DNA of 64,000 bases from Carpediemonas membranifera BICM (Eukaryota > Protista > Fornicata). Below the pieces are notes generated by a model. The model searched no databases, was not told the DNA's origin, and saw nothing but the letters and a program-made list of their open reading frames with translations. Within the stretch, counting starts at the first letter, position 1; each line of letters begins with the position of its first letter. Positions 43,158-52,885 of this stretch are shown piece by piece. Made by a program: the position numbers and the translations under genes. The DNA lies in NCBI GenBank assembly GCA_019828565.1, contig JAHDYR010000062.1:545666-609665 (forward strand), written 5' to 3'.

Positions 43158-45599
43158 CTAACATATAACAGGGACCGTGGCCATAAGTGTAAATGCCTCC
43201 TCGTCCGCCGTCTTCCAGTACAGCCGCAGCTTCCCGCTCTTGCCCTTGGACCCCTTCGGGCCATGAATCGGGATCTCGCACCTTTCCTTGCCCTCTATTG
43301 TGTCGTACTCGCCCTCGTGACCATCTCCGTCCTCTGTTTGGAAGAAAAGGTCGATCGGATCACACTTGAGCACTACAGGACCAACCAGACACCCAGCCCG
43401 AGACCTCTTGGCCCTGAGGCTGCAGCGGTGGTCGTAGTAGTCGCTCCCAAGCATGCAGTCCCTCATCACAGCCGGGTCGACCCGTCCGTCGACCAGGACA
43501 GCCTTGGCCTTCACCTCAGCAGCGTTAGCAGCCTCTACCACCGACCACTTGGCAATGACGTTGTATGACCCGCCCTCTAGCTTGGTCAGGAGCTGGACGG
43601 TCTCTTCTCCGATGGGGATCTTCACTGTTGCACGCCAGACGTCGCCGTCCAGTGTCATTGGGTGGCAGTTGAGGTATGGCACGGCATCCGAGACCGCCTT
43701 GGCCGTGAACTCGACGGTGGTCCCGCTTGCTACGGCCCCGATCGGAGTGAGGTCGCTGAAGTCGCGACTGTCCACGCCGTAAACGACAGGCAATATCTTC
43801 TCGGGCGGGACCACACCGTTGTGTCCAGTTGGACCACCAGAGACTGTGATCAGATACTTTGTGACCTGCTCGATGATGTGACCGTCGCCCGACCCGACAA
43901 GGCTGACAACGTACTGGCCGGCGCCGGGGAAGTGGATCGCGATGACGGAAGCTACCCTATTCCTGCCTGTCTTGACGTACTGCTGGTGTACAATACCCCG
44001 GATGGGCTTCCTCTCGAAAGTGACGCGGGCTTCGATGGACACATCTGGAGGGTGACTGAGAGTGATCGAGAAGGGCTTGTTGGGGTCGAACTCGTGGGTG
44101 TATCGAACTTCAGGGAGCTTATGGTCCAGCGAGACCATGTGGCGCCACACGAATGCCTCTGGGAAAACTCTGGTCTTAAACTGCTCGAGAGTCAGGGGCC
44201 AGTGTTCGGCCTGTGGTTTGTCGAGGTTGACACTATCTGGCGAGACGAGCAAAGACAGCCATCTGATGTCACCGAGGGGGAAGTGCGTGTAGAAGAACCG
44301 AGTCGCCGGGATAGCGAACCAGTACGGTGTGAAATTTGCCGTAAACGTCTGTGAAGTGAAATCAACTGTACCAGCACCCCAGGTAGGGTCCATGAAGACC
44401 CAGCGGGAGTCGATCAGGGCAGCCACAGCGGCGTGTGTGACCTTGGTAGGAGTCTGCGTGCTGAGCACGTCTCCTCTGGTTGCAACGTGGATCTTCTTCA
44501 CCGTCAGCCCGGCCCGTTCAGCAAGGGCGACATATGCGTTGGCATAGCCCTCGCATACTGACAGGCGGGCCTTGAGCACAGCTGCGGGTGACTGTTCGGG
44601 GAAGTGGAAGGGCGGGAGATTGAAGTAAGAGCGAGTGTCGTATCTAATACGGTGGGCGACATAATCATAGATCGCTCGATGTTTCTCGAGCTCGGTGTTG
44701 CAGCGCTGAGTGATTTCTCTTGCGGTGGCTGCGATTCCGTCGAACCTGCTGGCAAGAGGTGCAACGAAGAGGTCGATCGCCTCGAAGTTCTTGGTGTCGA
44801 GGGAGAACACCTGGGTCCGCTCGACTCTTCTTGCCTGTATGAACTTACGAGCGGCCCTTTGGCACTTGACGACCATGTGGGCTATATCAGCAAAGGACCT
44901 GGCCGGCTCCGTCCTCTCCTTCTGCCGATTCTCCGCCTTCGCCCACCGAGCATTGCGACGGGCGACGGCTTCGTCGCTCTCATCGCTAGTGAACCCGTCG
45001 AGGCTGTCGACGAAGTCATCGTCGTCCCAGTCCCCAGACGGAGGCATGGACCTCTCCTCGATGACTTCCTCCTCGTAGTCCGCGTGCTCGTCCTCGTTGG
45101 CCTCAGACTCGTCCTCTGAGCCCACATCAACCTCTTCCTCTTCGTCCTCTTCGCCCTCGTCCTCGGCCCCCTCAGCCCCCTCGAAGTCTTCGGGCATCGG
45201 GATTTCAATAACCCTCTCATCCTCAACTTCAACCTCAGGCTCCTCCTCCTCGTGGGTGTCTAGATCATGGCGAACAACGACATCTGCCGGCTTGCAGTAC
45301 CCGCCATGCCCAGGCCTGCACCTGAAGTGCCAGTTGCCGAGTATGAACCCATCGCACTTGTTCCGCTTATCCCGGTGAATGAACTCGATGCCAAGGAACG
45401 TGCCATCGATCTCTGCGTCTTGGATTGGCCCAATGTAGCGGACATGGCCGATTCTACCCAGATACGAGACAGTGCTTCCAATGGAAATGTTCTTCAGAGC
45501 GAGCTCGTCGGTGAAGGAAACAATTGACGATACCACGCTAACTGGCCTCAAAAGCTGCGAATCATACACGTTCCGTTTCTTCGTTCGGCCAAACTTCAT
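43158..45599 (-). CDS. CAP-Gly domain plus transglutaminase-like (KY/Cyk3-type) protease-fold protein
   Basis: N-terminal 'GHVRYIG.....GTFLGIEF.....KCDG...G..HF.C..GHG'; acidic linker; 'RAIYDYVAHRIRYD', 'VCEGYA', 'THAAVA', 'FMDPTWGAG', 'YTHFP'. Confidence 0.8.
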   Translation of the reverse strand: MKFGRTKKRNVYDSQLLRPVSVVSSIVSFTDELALKNISIGSTVSYLGRIGHVRYIGPIQDAEIDGTFLGIEFIHRDKRNKCDGFILGNWHFRCRPGHGGYCKPADVVVRHDLDTHEEEEPEVEVEDERVIEIPMPEDFEGAEGAEDEGEEDEEEEVDVGSEDESEANEDEHADYEEEVIEERSMPPSGDWDDDDFVDSLDGFTSDESDEAVARRNARWAKAENRQKERTEPARSFADIAHMVVKCQRAARKFIQARRVERTQVFSLDTKNFEAIDLFVAPLASRFDGIAATAREITQRCNTELEKHRAIYDYVAHRIRYDTRSYFNLPPFHFPEQSPAAVLKARLSVCEGYANAYVALAERAGLTVKKIHVATRGDVLSTQTPTKVTHAAVAALIDSRWVFMDPTWGAGTVDFTSQTFTANFTPYWFAIPATRFFYTHFPLGDIRWLSLLVSPDSVNLDKPQAEHWPLTLEQFKTRVFPEAFVWRHMVSLDHKLPEVRYTHEFDPNKPFSITLSHPPDVSIEARVTFERKPIRGIVHQQYVKTGRNRVASVIAIHFPGAGQYVVSLVGSGDGHIIEQVTKYLITVSGGPTGHNGVVPPEKILPVVYGVDSRDFSDLTPIGAVASGTTVEFTAKAVSDAVPYLNCHPMTLDGDVWRATVKIPIGEETVQLLTKLEGGSYNVIAKWSVVEAANAAEVKAKAVLVDGRVDPAVMRDCMLGSDYYDHRCSLRAKRSRAGCLVGPVVLKCDPIDLFFQTEDGDGHEGEYDTIEGKERCEIPIHGPKGSKGKSGKLRLYWKTADEEAFTLMATVPVIC

Positions 45600-45753
45600 G
45601 TGCTATTGTGTTGTCAGCGATTTTTGTGGTAGACCGTCATAGATACATGAGATACGTACGCCACAGTCGAGATCACATAAATCCATCGAACTGCCTGTTC
45701 TAAAGCTCCGTTTACCGTTTTGCGACGCTGCCTGAGCCACGCCTTCCGTTCGC

Positions 45754-47454
45754 TCATCCCAAGTGGCCGCGCATTATCTTGTCCACAGGGAAAGGGTCGT
45801 AGTCCCCCGACGGCCCTGTCCTATAGCAGCCAGTGGCCACCAGCTTGTACGACGCCGTGTCGGGCATCTCCCCGCTGACGAGACAGTTGGACAGATGGAG
45901 CTCCTTGAGACGGGGGAAGAACGACGCCACGACGTCGAGAGAGGTCTCCGCCTGCTCAAGGTAGAGCGTCGTGACCACGTTGGGGGTTACATATGACCCA
46001 TCCTGCTGCTCAGTGAATATTGGGCTCTTGGCCTGGAAGCCGCAAGTCAACGTCGTCAGCTGGCTAAACTGAGCAGCTAGCGCTGCAATTCTCGAGCCGC
46101 AGTCCGTTATCAGCCTTGGGAGATACCGGAGGAACATCCGCTCGAGCCTGGACGACTGACCTGTGACGACGGGCGGCACAGAGTACAGGGTGACCGTAAA
46201 CGGGTCGTCTAAAGCCAACGGCGTCGTTTGATTCTCGCTAGGCGTGTTCCTACTGGTCCTAGCAGCAGAGAGGAAGGCCATGAGGTCGTCCTCGTCAATG
46301 AGCTGGTCACAGTTGATGAACAAGTCGGACAAGGTCGTCCGGTACTTCTCCACCGCCGCCCTGACCGCGGTCCCGAGGTGGGGGGCGACCAGACCCTTCC
46401 AGTGTGCGATGTTCACCTTGAGGACCTTCTCGCCGGTCGGCCACTCAGCCCCGCTCCAACCGACGGGGTCCATGACAATCAGGGTGTCGACGTCGGGGTG
46501 AAGCGTCATCCGTTTCATATATGAGTCGGTGAGTCTCAGACGGCAGAGGAGGAACACCTTGAGGGCCCAGGCGCGGGCTATGGCGAGCAGGGTCTCTTGC
46601 TCCAGCTGGCCGAGGAGGTATATGATGGGCTTCATCTTCTGCTCGATGAACTCGGGCGTCCCTTCACTCATGGGCCGCCACGCCTCCTTGAACTGGGCCG
46701 TCATGACCAGGATGAGATCCGTCATCGCCCTCAGGGGCACCGTATTACTACTACTACTGTCCTGCCCCATGCTCCGCTCGAACAAACTACTCACACCTGT
46801 CCGCTCCATCATGTCGTACCGGGCCACGGAGGTCGGCGGCACGGGCTCCTCCATTCTGGGTCTCTTGAGCTCCTGTACCCGCTGGATCTGGTCTCTGAGT
46901 GTGAAACCGTGTTCCCCGGGCTGCAGGAAGGGCTGGAACTCAATGTCGTTCAGGTCCATGTCGAATGGACCTGACCGACATGGACCAGTCGTGATCGGTC
47001 CCGAGCCAAACTCTAGCGGGGTGGGGTTGATCTCGAGGGGGTCGAGGGGCGAGGGTTGCGGGAGGGCCTCTGGGCCCTGGAAGGGCGGCGGGGTCATCCT
47101 CGGGATGCCTGCGTCCATGGTAATCGGTTTGGGAGCCGGAGCGGCGGCCGCACCGGGCTCCTGGTTCTCCCAAGAGCGGAGGAACTCGTTGTAGTGTTTC
47201 TTGAGGACAAAGCCAACGTTCGTGACGGACTTGGGGAGTTCAAGCTTCCGCCCAACATCCTTCCACTTCTTTTCGCGGATGACAGCATCAATGCCGCCTC
47301 GATCACGGACTTCTTTGAAGAGTTTGCCGAAATCGAGTTTCTGGTGGCCAACAACGGGCCACCGCAAGTTCGGATTGTTCACTCGGACACGCTCAAAGAC
47401 AGCTACATTGAAAGGATCCAATTCCACCGGGTCCTTCTCCTTCTCGGCGCTCAT
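45754..47454 (-). CDS. ARID/BRIGHT domain protein
   Basis: 'PVVGHQKLDFGKLFKEVRDRGGIDAV...KKWKDVGRKLELP......LKKHYNEFLRSWE'. Confidence 0.85.
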   Translation of the reverse strand: MSAEKEKDPVELDPFNVAVFERVRVNNPNLRWPVVGHQKLDFGKLFKEVRDRGGIDAVIREKKWKDVGRKLELPKSVTNVGFVLKKHYNEFLRSWENQEPGAAAAPAPKPITMDAGIPRMTPPPFQGPEALPQPSPLDPLEINPTPLEFGSGPITTGPCRSGPFDMDLNDIEFQPFLQPGEHGFTLRDQIQRVQELKRPRMEEPVPPTSVARYDMMERTGVSSLFERSMGQDSSSSNTVPLRAMTDLILVMTAQFKEAWRPMSEGTPEFIEQKMKPIIYLLGQLEQETLLAIARAWALKVFLLCRLRLTDSYMKRMTLHPDVDTLIVMDPVGWSGAEWPTGEKVLKVNIAHWKGLVAPHLGTAVRAAVEKYRTTLSDLFINCDQLIDEDDLMAFLSAARTSRNTPSENQTTPLALDDPFTVTLYSVPPVVTGQSSRLERMFLRYLPRLITDCGSRIAALAAQFSQLTTLTCGFQAKSPIFTEQQDGSYVTPNVVTTLYLEQAETSLDVVASFFPRLKELHLSNCLVSGEMPDTASYKLVATGCYRTGPSGDYDPFPVDKIMRGHLG

Positions 47455-47736
47455 GGTCTAACTGCTGCTGGTGACTACAAATACTCGAGAGTCGAACGGC
47501 ATCGGATGTCCGCAAGCTCAGCAGCAGCAGCGCTAGTACGTCGCAACGGATGAGCTCAGTCGGCAAAAAGCAAGACTATTTGACAGACGTTTTGAGTACC
47601 GGGTTGAGTACAGGGATGAGAGAGCGCCAGCCCATCCTTGCTAAGAGTGTTGATGGTGAGGTCATGATGGTGGTCGCGCCTTCATTCGCAACATCGACTG
47701 ATCGGGCAGTTTTGTCGATGGCGCCATCTCAGCGAA

Positions 47737-48253
47737 ATGTTCCAATCGCCGCGCCGTTGCGGGAAGATTGTCTATTTCTCCACATTCATACAGCTTGTAT
47801 GCACATACATTGATTATTACACAGGGAGTTCGTTTACTCAGTCCAAATAACACAGCTGGTTCGTTTCTCACGATTCACCATCTAATACAGCAAGTGCGTT
47901 TCAAAACACCCATGACATCTGCCTTGTCCTCTCCCATATCATGCAGGGTACCATCATCCCCAGACTGTTCAAGATGGAGATAACCAACGTCGATACGAAC
48001 AAACTGACCGTTGTCGAGATGAAGGACCGCTTCCTCGTTGCAGATGGCGACGACAAAGTCATTGCGGAGATCCTCAATAACGCCAATCGCTGGTGTCTTG
48101 ACTTCCAGGTAGCCGACTTCGTCTAGTCCAGTTGTTGCAGGTAGCGTCGTCCAAATGATCCCGCCTGGAAACCCGAGAGCGACCCTTGAGGACCTGAAGC
48201 GCATGGTAACCCATATTAAGAAACAGCACAAGCAGTATCAGTCAGACGACTGA
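47737..48253 (+). CDS. possible small spliced hypothetical gene
   Basis: Candidate introns 47797-47824 (GTATGC...ATTACACAG) and 47894-47946 keep one frame from ATG 47737; the 3' end is unresolved. Confidence 0.3.
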
Positions 48254-48289
48254 TCATTGCGCGGGTGCAATTTATGAAGTCTGCGTGTA

Positions 48290-49165
48290 TAAATTGAGTT
48301 TATGAAGTCAGAATGGTCGAAATCGAAATCGGCAACGCTGGTCTTCCAACTGACCGCATCGGCCAAGGCTGATGTTCAGCTCATCCGGTAAGATGAGCAA
48401 TTTCGACTTACGTAGGTTGCCGGAGCGCAGGTAAGTCTCTGAAGCTGACTACAGGCAGCTCGTGTCACCTCGGCGTGACGGCCGTAATATTTACACAGCT
48501 CAAAATATATGATACGATCCTGATCCGGTCCCGGCAGGTCGTGTAATCAAATCAGGATGGCCAGTTCGAATGGCCGACGAGACTTCGGACGCGGGGCGCC
48601 TACCTCATTCTCAGATCGCGGCCGGAAACCGCGAATTCCAAATATTTGATCAGAGAATAAATAATTGCCCCTGGGAATAGAGTAGGAGTATAGGTAGGAG
48701 GAGCACTGTTAGTGTGCCAGATTGCCTGGCTATTTACTTGGAGGCCGGGGATTCTAAAGTAAATCTTCCCCCCCCCCGTTGGATATCTAGCGTAGTATGT
48801 GAGAAAGGCCTGCCAGTCAAGCCGTAGCTTCGTGCTCGAAGTTAAGTGGCGCTTGGGAGCGCAGCTGGCAGGTTCCGGCGTGGGTTGGAAGCAACCGACC
48901 AGATTTTATATAGGCTATGTATCCGTCTAGATTCGACACAATGGTGTCGAGACGTCAGTGCTCATGAACGAGGCCGTGGCCGCGCGAGTCTACCACGCCC
49001 GGCGGACAACAACCCAGGCGGCGCAAGCCGACGATATTTGCGGACGTGAGAACTTCACGGACAGTAAATATCCTTCCCCCCCATTGGTTTACACAGCGGA
49101 TGAGCTAGTGTGGATGTGTCAGACATCGTCTTGGAACTCAATCGCCCAAGCAGAGCGCGAAATCA
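48290..49165 (+). ncRNA. putative large structured non-coding locus with splice-like signals (unidentified)
   Basis: No recognisable protein; more than 10 hairpins; G-U pairs and a GCAA tetraloop favour the + strand; 5' and 3' ends are complementary; motif is duplicated. Confidence 0.5.
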
Positions 49166-49195
49166 ATAAAAACAATAAAAAGTTTGCATAAAATC

Positions 49196-49266
49196 TGCAC
49201 CAGCCGGGATTCGAACCCGGGTAACCAGCTTGGAAGGCTAGTGTGATGCCACTACACTACTGGCGC
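49196..49266 (-). tRNA. tRNA-Gly(TCC)
   Basis: GCGCCAG acceptor, anticodon arm CTAGC-CT-TCC-AA-GCTGG, GGTTCGAATCC T-arm; T-runs downstream (Pol III terminator). Confidence 0.96.
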
Positions 49267-49903
49267 TGGGTTTTTGCATTTCGGTTGAGCACCTCCTGCT
49301 CATGTTGCCTTGCTGAGCTTATTCTTCTTGCTCCTGTTCCATCTTGGCCTCTTTGTTCCGATATCGAGCGACTCTACTGAGTCAGACCAAATCAGGACTG
49401 GATCCAAATCACCTCGGCCACCTGCGACGAATGACTAACGCTTCCCTCTCCTTGCCAGCGCGACGCCAGCCAGAGCGCCCTCCGCCGAATGGCATCACAC
49501 GGCAGAGTCCTTTGAGTGTTCCAATGGTTCCTGGTGATATCACATTATCAGTGCACTATATGCTGACATACCCGCTAAACTCGTTGCGCTGGGTCGGGCC
49601 CTTTTTCGAAGATGGTCGCCCCTTGGCATCACGAGTTGGGCTGCTCCGGACTAATGCCTCACTGAATCGCCCGGGCTACTAGTGGACTATGTGCACAGGC
49701 GCGGAATCCCCCTGAATGAATCAGCTGATCGAGTTCCGAAAATGAGAATTTTGATTGCGGACGAAAGGTGATGGTGAAGCTATAGTGAAGGTAGGAAGGG
49801 TCTTATCTCGCATTTAACAGCTCATTATACTATAAATGGACGAACGGCACTGTCTCCGCGTGGCCGAAATCTACTTCAAAATTCTAAGATGTCAGTATGT
49901 ATT

Positions 49904-49991
49904 GCTGGCTTAGTTCAACGGAAGAACAAAGAATTCATCCACGGCTTACGTAAACTCTTCGATACTGGTTCGACTCCAGTAGCCGGCACCA
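49904..49991 (+). tRNA. atypical tRNA with a 14-nt insertion in the anticodon loop (nominally CAT) and encoded CCA
   Basis: Acceptor GCTGGCT/AGCCGGC+A, D-arm GTTC-AACGGAA-GAAC, T-arm ACTGG-TTCGACT-CCAGT, then CCA and TTTT. Isotype uncertain. Confidence 0.75.
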
Positions 49992-50316
49992 TTCTTTTGC
50001 ACCTCCAGTCTTGCAGTGCGTCGACATCGTGCTCGCGTGTCGAAATCCAAATTTCTGCGCCACGACTAACATAAACTGCCCGAGGCATCGACACCCCAGG
50101 CGTCCACGGTTCTGTGTAGAACCAACGTGGGGCCTTGACGCTTGGCGTGCTGAACGGTGTTGGACAAGCGTCCCATCAACCATTCCAGCATATTTCTCAG
50201 CAGTATGTCGCACAGACATAATTCCTTCCCCAAGGGCTTTGAGTCGCAAAGGTGACTAATGCTCAGTCTGTCATCATTTATGGTACATATGTAACATGTA
50301 TGTCTATATCAAATGA

Positions 50317-51468
50317 CTAGGCCTCTATGGCCTCTCTATCACCCTCCTGGTCAACCTCGGCCACCTCCGAGATGACTGGAGCTGAAGGGGGTGACGCCAC
50401 AGAAAGGGCGCCCTTATATCCTGGTGACGTGGCACACATGTAGGGCATTGACTCGCCATACATGTTGTCCTTGGCGTGCTTGCAACGCTTGATAATGCAG
50501 TGCACGATGAATTCGGCCAGCTTCTGGTGGCCCGCTTCGATGGCGAAGTCCGTCGCCATCATCCCGTCTGGGGTCTTTGCCACCAAGTTTGCCTTGTGCT
50601 GATTCAGCAACACCACACCCTTGGTCTTGCCCGAGGACGCAGCCATATGAATGGGTCTGAGCCCACTGCTACAGGCCGCATTGATGTTGGCCCCGTTCTT
50701 AATTAGAGCCGTCGCCATGCCGAGCGCACCAATGCGTACTGCTACGTGCAACGGCGTCATGCCACTGTGCGTGGTCACGTTAGGGTCTGCACCGTGATCG
50801 AGCAGCAGTTGAGCGGCGGCCCTTGCATTACCATGTGCGAGGTTGAAGAGAGGCGTGTGCCCATTTTTGTCTCGAATGTTGACGCAATCTTTGGTCTGCA
50901 GGATGACCTTCATCATCTTCAAATTGCCCTTTGCGCCGAATCTGACGAGAAGCTCGGCCCGATAGCAGGGAAGGCTCTCGGTAAGCATGATGTTGAGAAG
51001 CTCTCGCTCGTTGCGAGCTATGGCCTTGTCGATAGCGGTCTGCTTGCCGGCCAAGGGGCTGGCACCAGCGGCTAGCAGAGCACTCACAAGGTTGACTGAC
51101 CTATGCTTGACTGCCAGCCACAATGCCGTGTGGCCATCGGTATTCAGGCGGTTAGGGTTGATAAAGTGACTAGAAAGTACCGTGATACTGTCCTCAAAGC
51201 CGACCTGGGCTGCAAGATAAGCGAGTGGCAGTGGCGCAGTGTCGCACGAAAAGTGACTGAGTAGTGCGTCAAGGATATCCGAACGATGGTGTAAGACGGC
51301 ACTGGCGAGGAGATCTAGGCCATTAGCGTTCCGTTTGGCGATGAAGGTCATCGAGTTGCGGCGCTTTTCGAGGGCGGCGTCAAGCGCGGTGCGGAACTCT
51401 TCAATTGTGGTAGAACTATCACGAATAAGCTTTCTTAAGCGTTTGTTTGCTTCTTCAGTGCTGGACAT
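50317..51468 (-). CDS. ankyrin-repeat protein
   Basis: Repeated GHTALWLA, GHTPLFNLA, GMTPLHVA, GLRPIHMAA and LL..GAD.N motifs. Confidence 0.92.
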   Translation of the reverse strand: MSSTEEANKRLRKLIRDSSTTIEEFRTALDAALEKRRNSMTFIAKRNANGLDLLASAVLHHRSDILDALLSHFSCDTAPLPLAYLAAQVGFEDSITVLSSHFINPNRLNTDGHTALWLAVKHRSVNLVSALLAAGASPLAGKQTAIDKAIARNERELLNIMLTESLPCYRAELLVRFGAKGNLKMMKVILQTKDCVNIRDKNGHTPLFNLAHGNARAAAQLLLDHGADPNVTTHSGMTPLHVAVRIGALGMATALIKNGANINAACSSGLRPIHMAASSGKTKGVVLLNQHKANLVAKTPDGMMATDFAIEAGHQKLAEFIVHCIIKRCKHAKDNMYGESMPYMCATSPGYKGALSVASPPSAPVISEVAEVDQEGDREAIEA

Positions 51469-51608
51469 GAGTGAGTGTGCAACTCAGGTCCGCATTCAGC
51501 GCCGCTATTGTGTCATCGCCATCATCTGCGAATGCTGAGTCAAGGCAGGTCAACCAGCACTGCCAAGTCGATAGGAACACTCTACCGGTACTAAGTTGCG
51601 TTTATTGA

Positions 51609-52721
51609 TCAAACACCGACGATGATCCCCATGGTACCTTCGATTAATTCGCCATGGCGGGCGGCGAAGAGAGCTTGAGCATATTCGGGAGTAGACAGCC
51701 ATGCCTGGTACGTAGTGATCACGAGATACACCAGGAGGGCCGTAATGGTGATGTAGATGAGATAGCGGGTCTCGGACACTGCGAAGCCTGAACGGCGGCG
51801 GTGCCGTCGCCTTTGGTGATACATCATCGCTTCGAGCCCGGAGAGATACCGGTCGACTACAGACAACACTGAATGGCCTGCCAGTACGGTGTAAAGTGCG
51901 GCGAGTGGGGCGATGGCACCGTAGTGATAGTCAGCAGCCATGAACAGGACGATGGAGAGGAGCAGGCCCAGGCGACCGTGGCAGCTAACATGAAGCACAG
52001 CGGGGAGAGCAACGACCAGTGCCAGAATCGGGAGGGGGTTGTTGATGACGTCCGTGCGGGTCGGGAATCTGAAAGGGGGTGGGGTCAGGGCAAGCAAGCC
52101 CCGGAAATGGAACATAGCGGTTGTCGCAGCGAAGGCTGACAGAACTACGACAGCAGGCAACGTCATTCTTCTCAGGGGATGGTGGCGGTGGTCGCTGAGG
52201 ATGAGGGCAGCCCCGGTCACGAGGATTGCGGGGGAGCCGTAAAGTCCACCGATCAGAGTGAACAAGGTTAGCAGCGTGGTATTGCGGGAAGCCCACGCCG
52301 CGGTGATTAGGCACACTGCGGCCAAGGGGATGAAGTCGGGGCTGATCGAGGTGAATGAGACAAAGGTCGGGGGATTCACGATCATCATGAATGTGAAGAT
52401 AGCGGTGCTAACCTTGCCTACAGTGATAAACGGGGAACTGAACACCGTTGCTGCGGTAAAGATGATGCAGACTGAAGAGATGCCGGCCATGACGAAGCGT
52501 TGAAGCAGAAACGCGGCAAGTGGTGGCAAAAAGCGGCGAAGCATAAGAAGAGGGCCAAATAAGATCACATCACCTTGCTTGAATAGGGGAATTCTGAGTT
52601 CAGTGGTCCCATGAAGCAAGGAGATAATATCTTCGCCAGAAGCAGCTGGGACAGTCAAAATGGATGAATAAAAGACGGTCAGAAGCACGACGCATGCCAT
52701 GAGCGGCATGAATCGACCCAT
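51609..52721 (-). CDS. hypothetical polytopic membrane protein (possibly GT-C glycosyltransferase-like)
   Basis: About 9-10 hydrophobic segments; family not established. Confidence 0.55.
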   Translation of the reverse strand: MGRFMPLMACVVLLTVFYSSILTVPAASGEDIISLLHGTTELRIPLFKQGDVILFGPLLMLRRFLPPLAAFLLQRFVMAGISSVCIIFTAATVFSSPFITVGKVSTAIFTFMMIVNPPTFVSFTSISPDFIPLAAVCLITAAWASRNTTLLTLFTLIGGLYGSPAILVTGAALILSDHRHHPLRRMTLPAVVVLSAFAATTAMFHFRGLLALTPPPFRFPTRTDVINNPLPILALVVALPAVLHVSCHGRLGLLLSIVLFMAADYHYGAIAPLAALYTVLAGHSVLSVVDRYLSGLEAMMYHQRRRHRRRSGFAVSETRYLIYITITALLVYLVITTYQAWLSTPEYAQALFAARHGELIEGTMGIIVGV

Positions 52722-52885
52722 GTTGCTCTTGACGAGATCGTGGTCCGGAAACTGCGGAGATCTCAAATGAGGCGAGTTGCGCGACGATGATCGCTTCGGT
52801 CGGGGGAACCGACATATCCGACACTGCCAGCTCTTTGTACATAATCGCTTAGCGGATTTTACAAAGTACTCTCGTCTCGATCGTG

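Noticed and set aside
48420-48440. U1-like ACTTACCTG on the - strand
   Set aside because: It is the complement of a CAG|GTAAGT donor; no U1-70K loop or Sm site in position.
48783-48802. U2 snRNA-like TATCTAGCGTAGTATGTG
   Set aside because: Contains GTAGTA but lacks the invariant GCU for U2/U6 helix Ib, stem I and an Sm site; better explained as an acceptor-microexon-donor junction.
49068-49075. U12-type donor-like ATATCCTT
   Set aside because: Part of a hairpin/C-tract motif; no U12 branch site downstream.
48290-49165. Group I/II intron, telomerase template or CRISPR array in the structured region
   Set aside because: No P/Q/R/S elements, no domain V, no CTAACCCT-type template and no regular repeat-spacer pattern found by eye.
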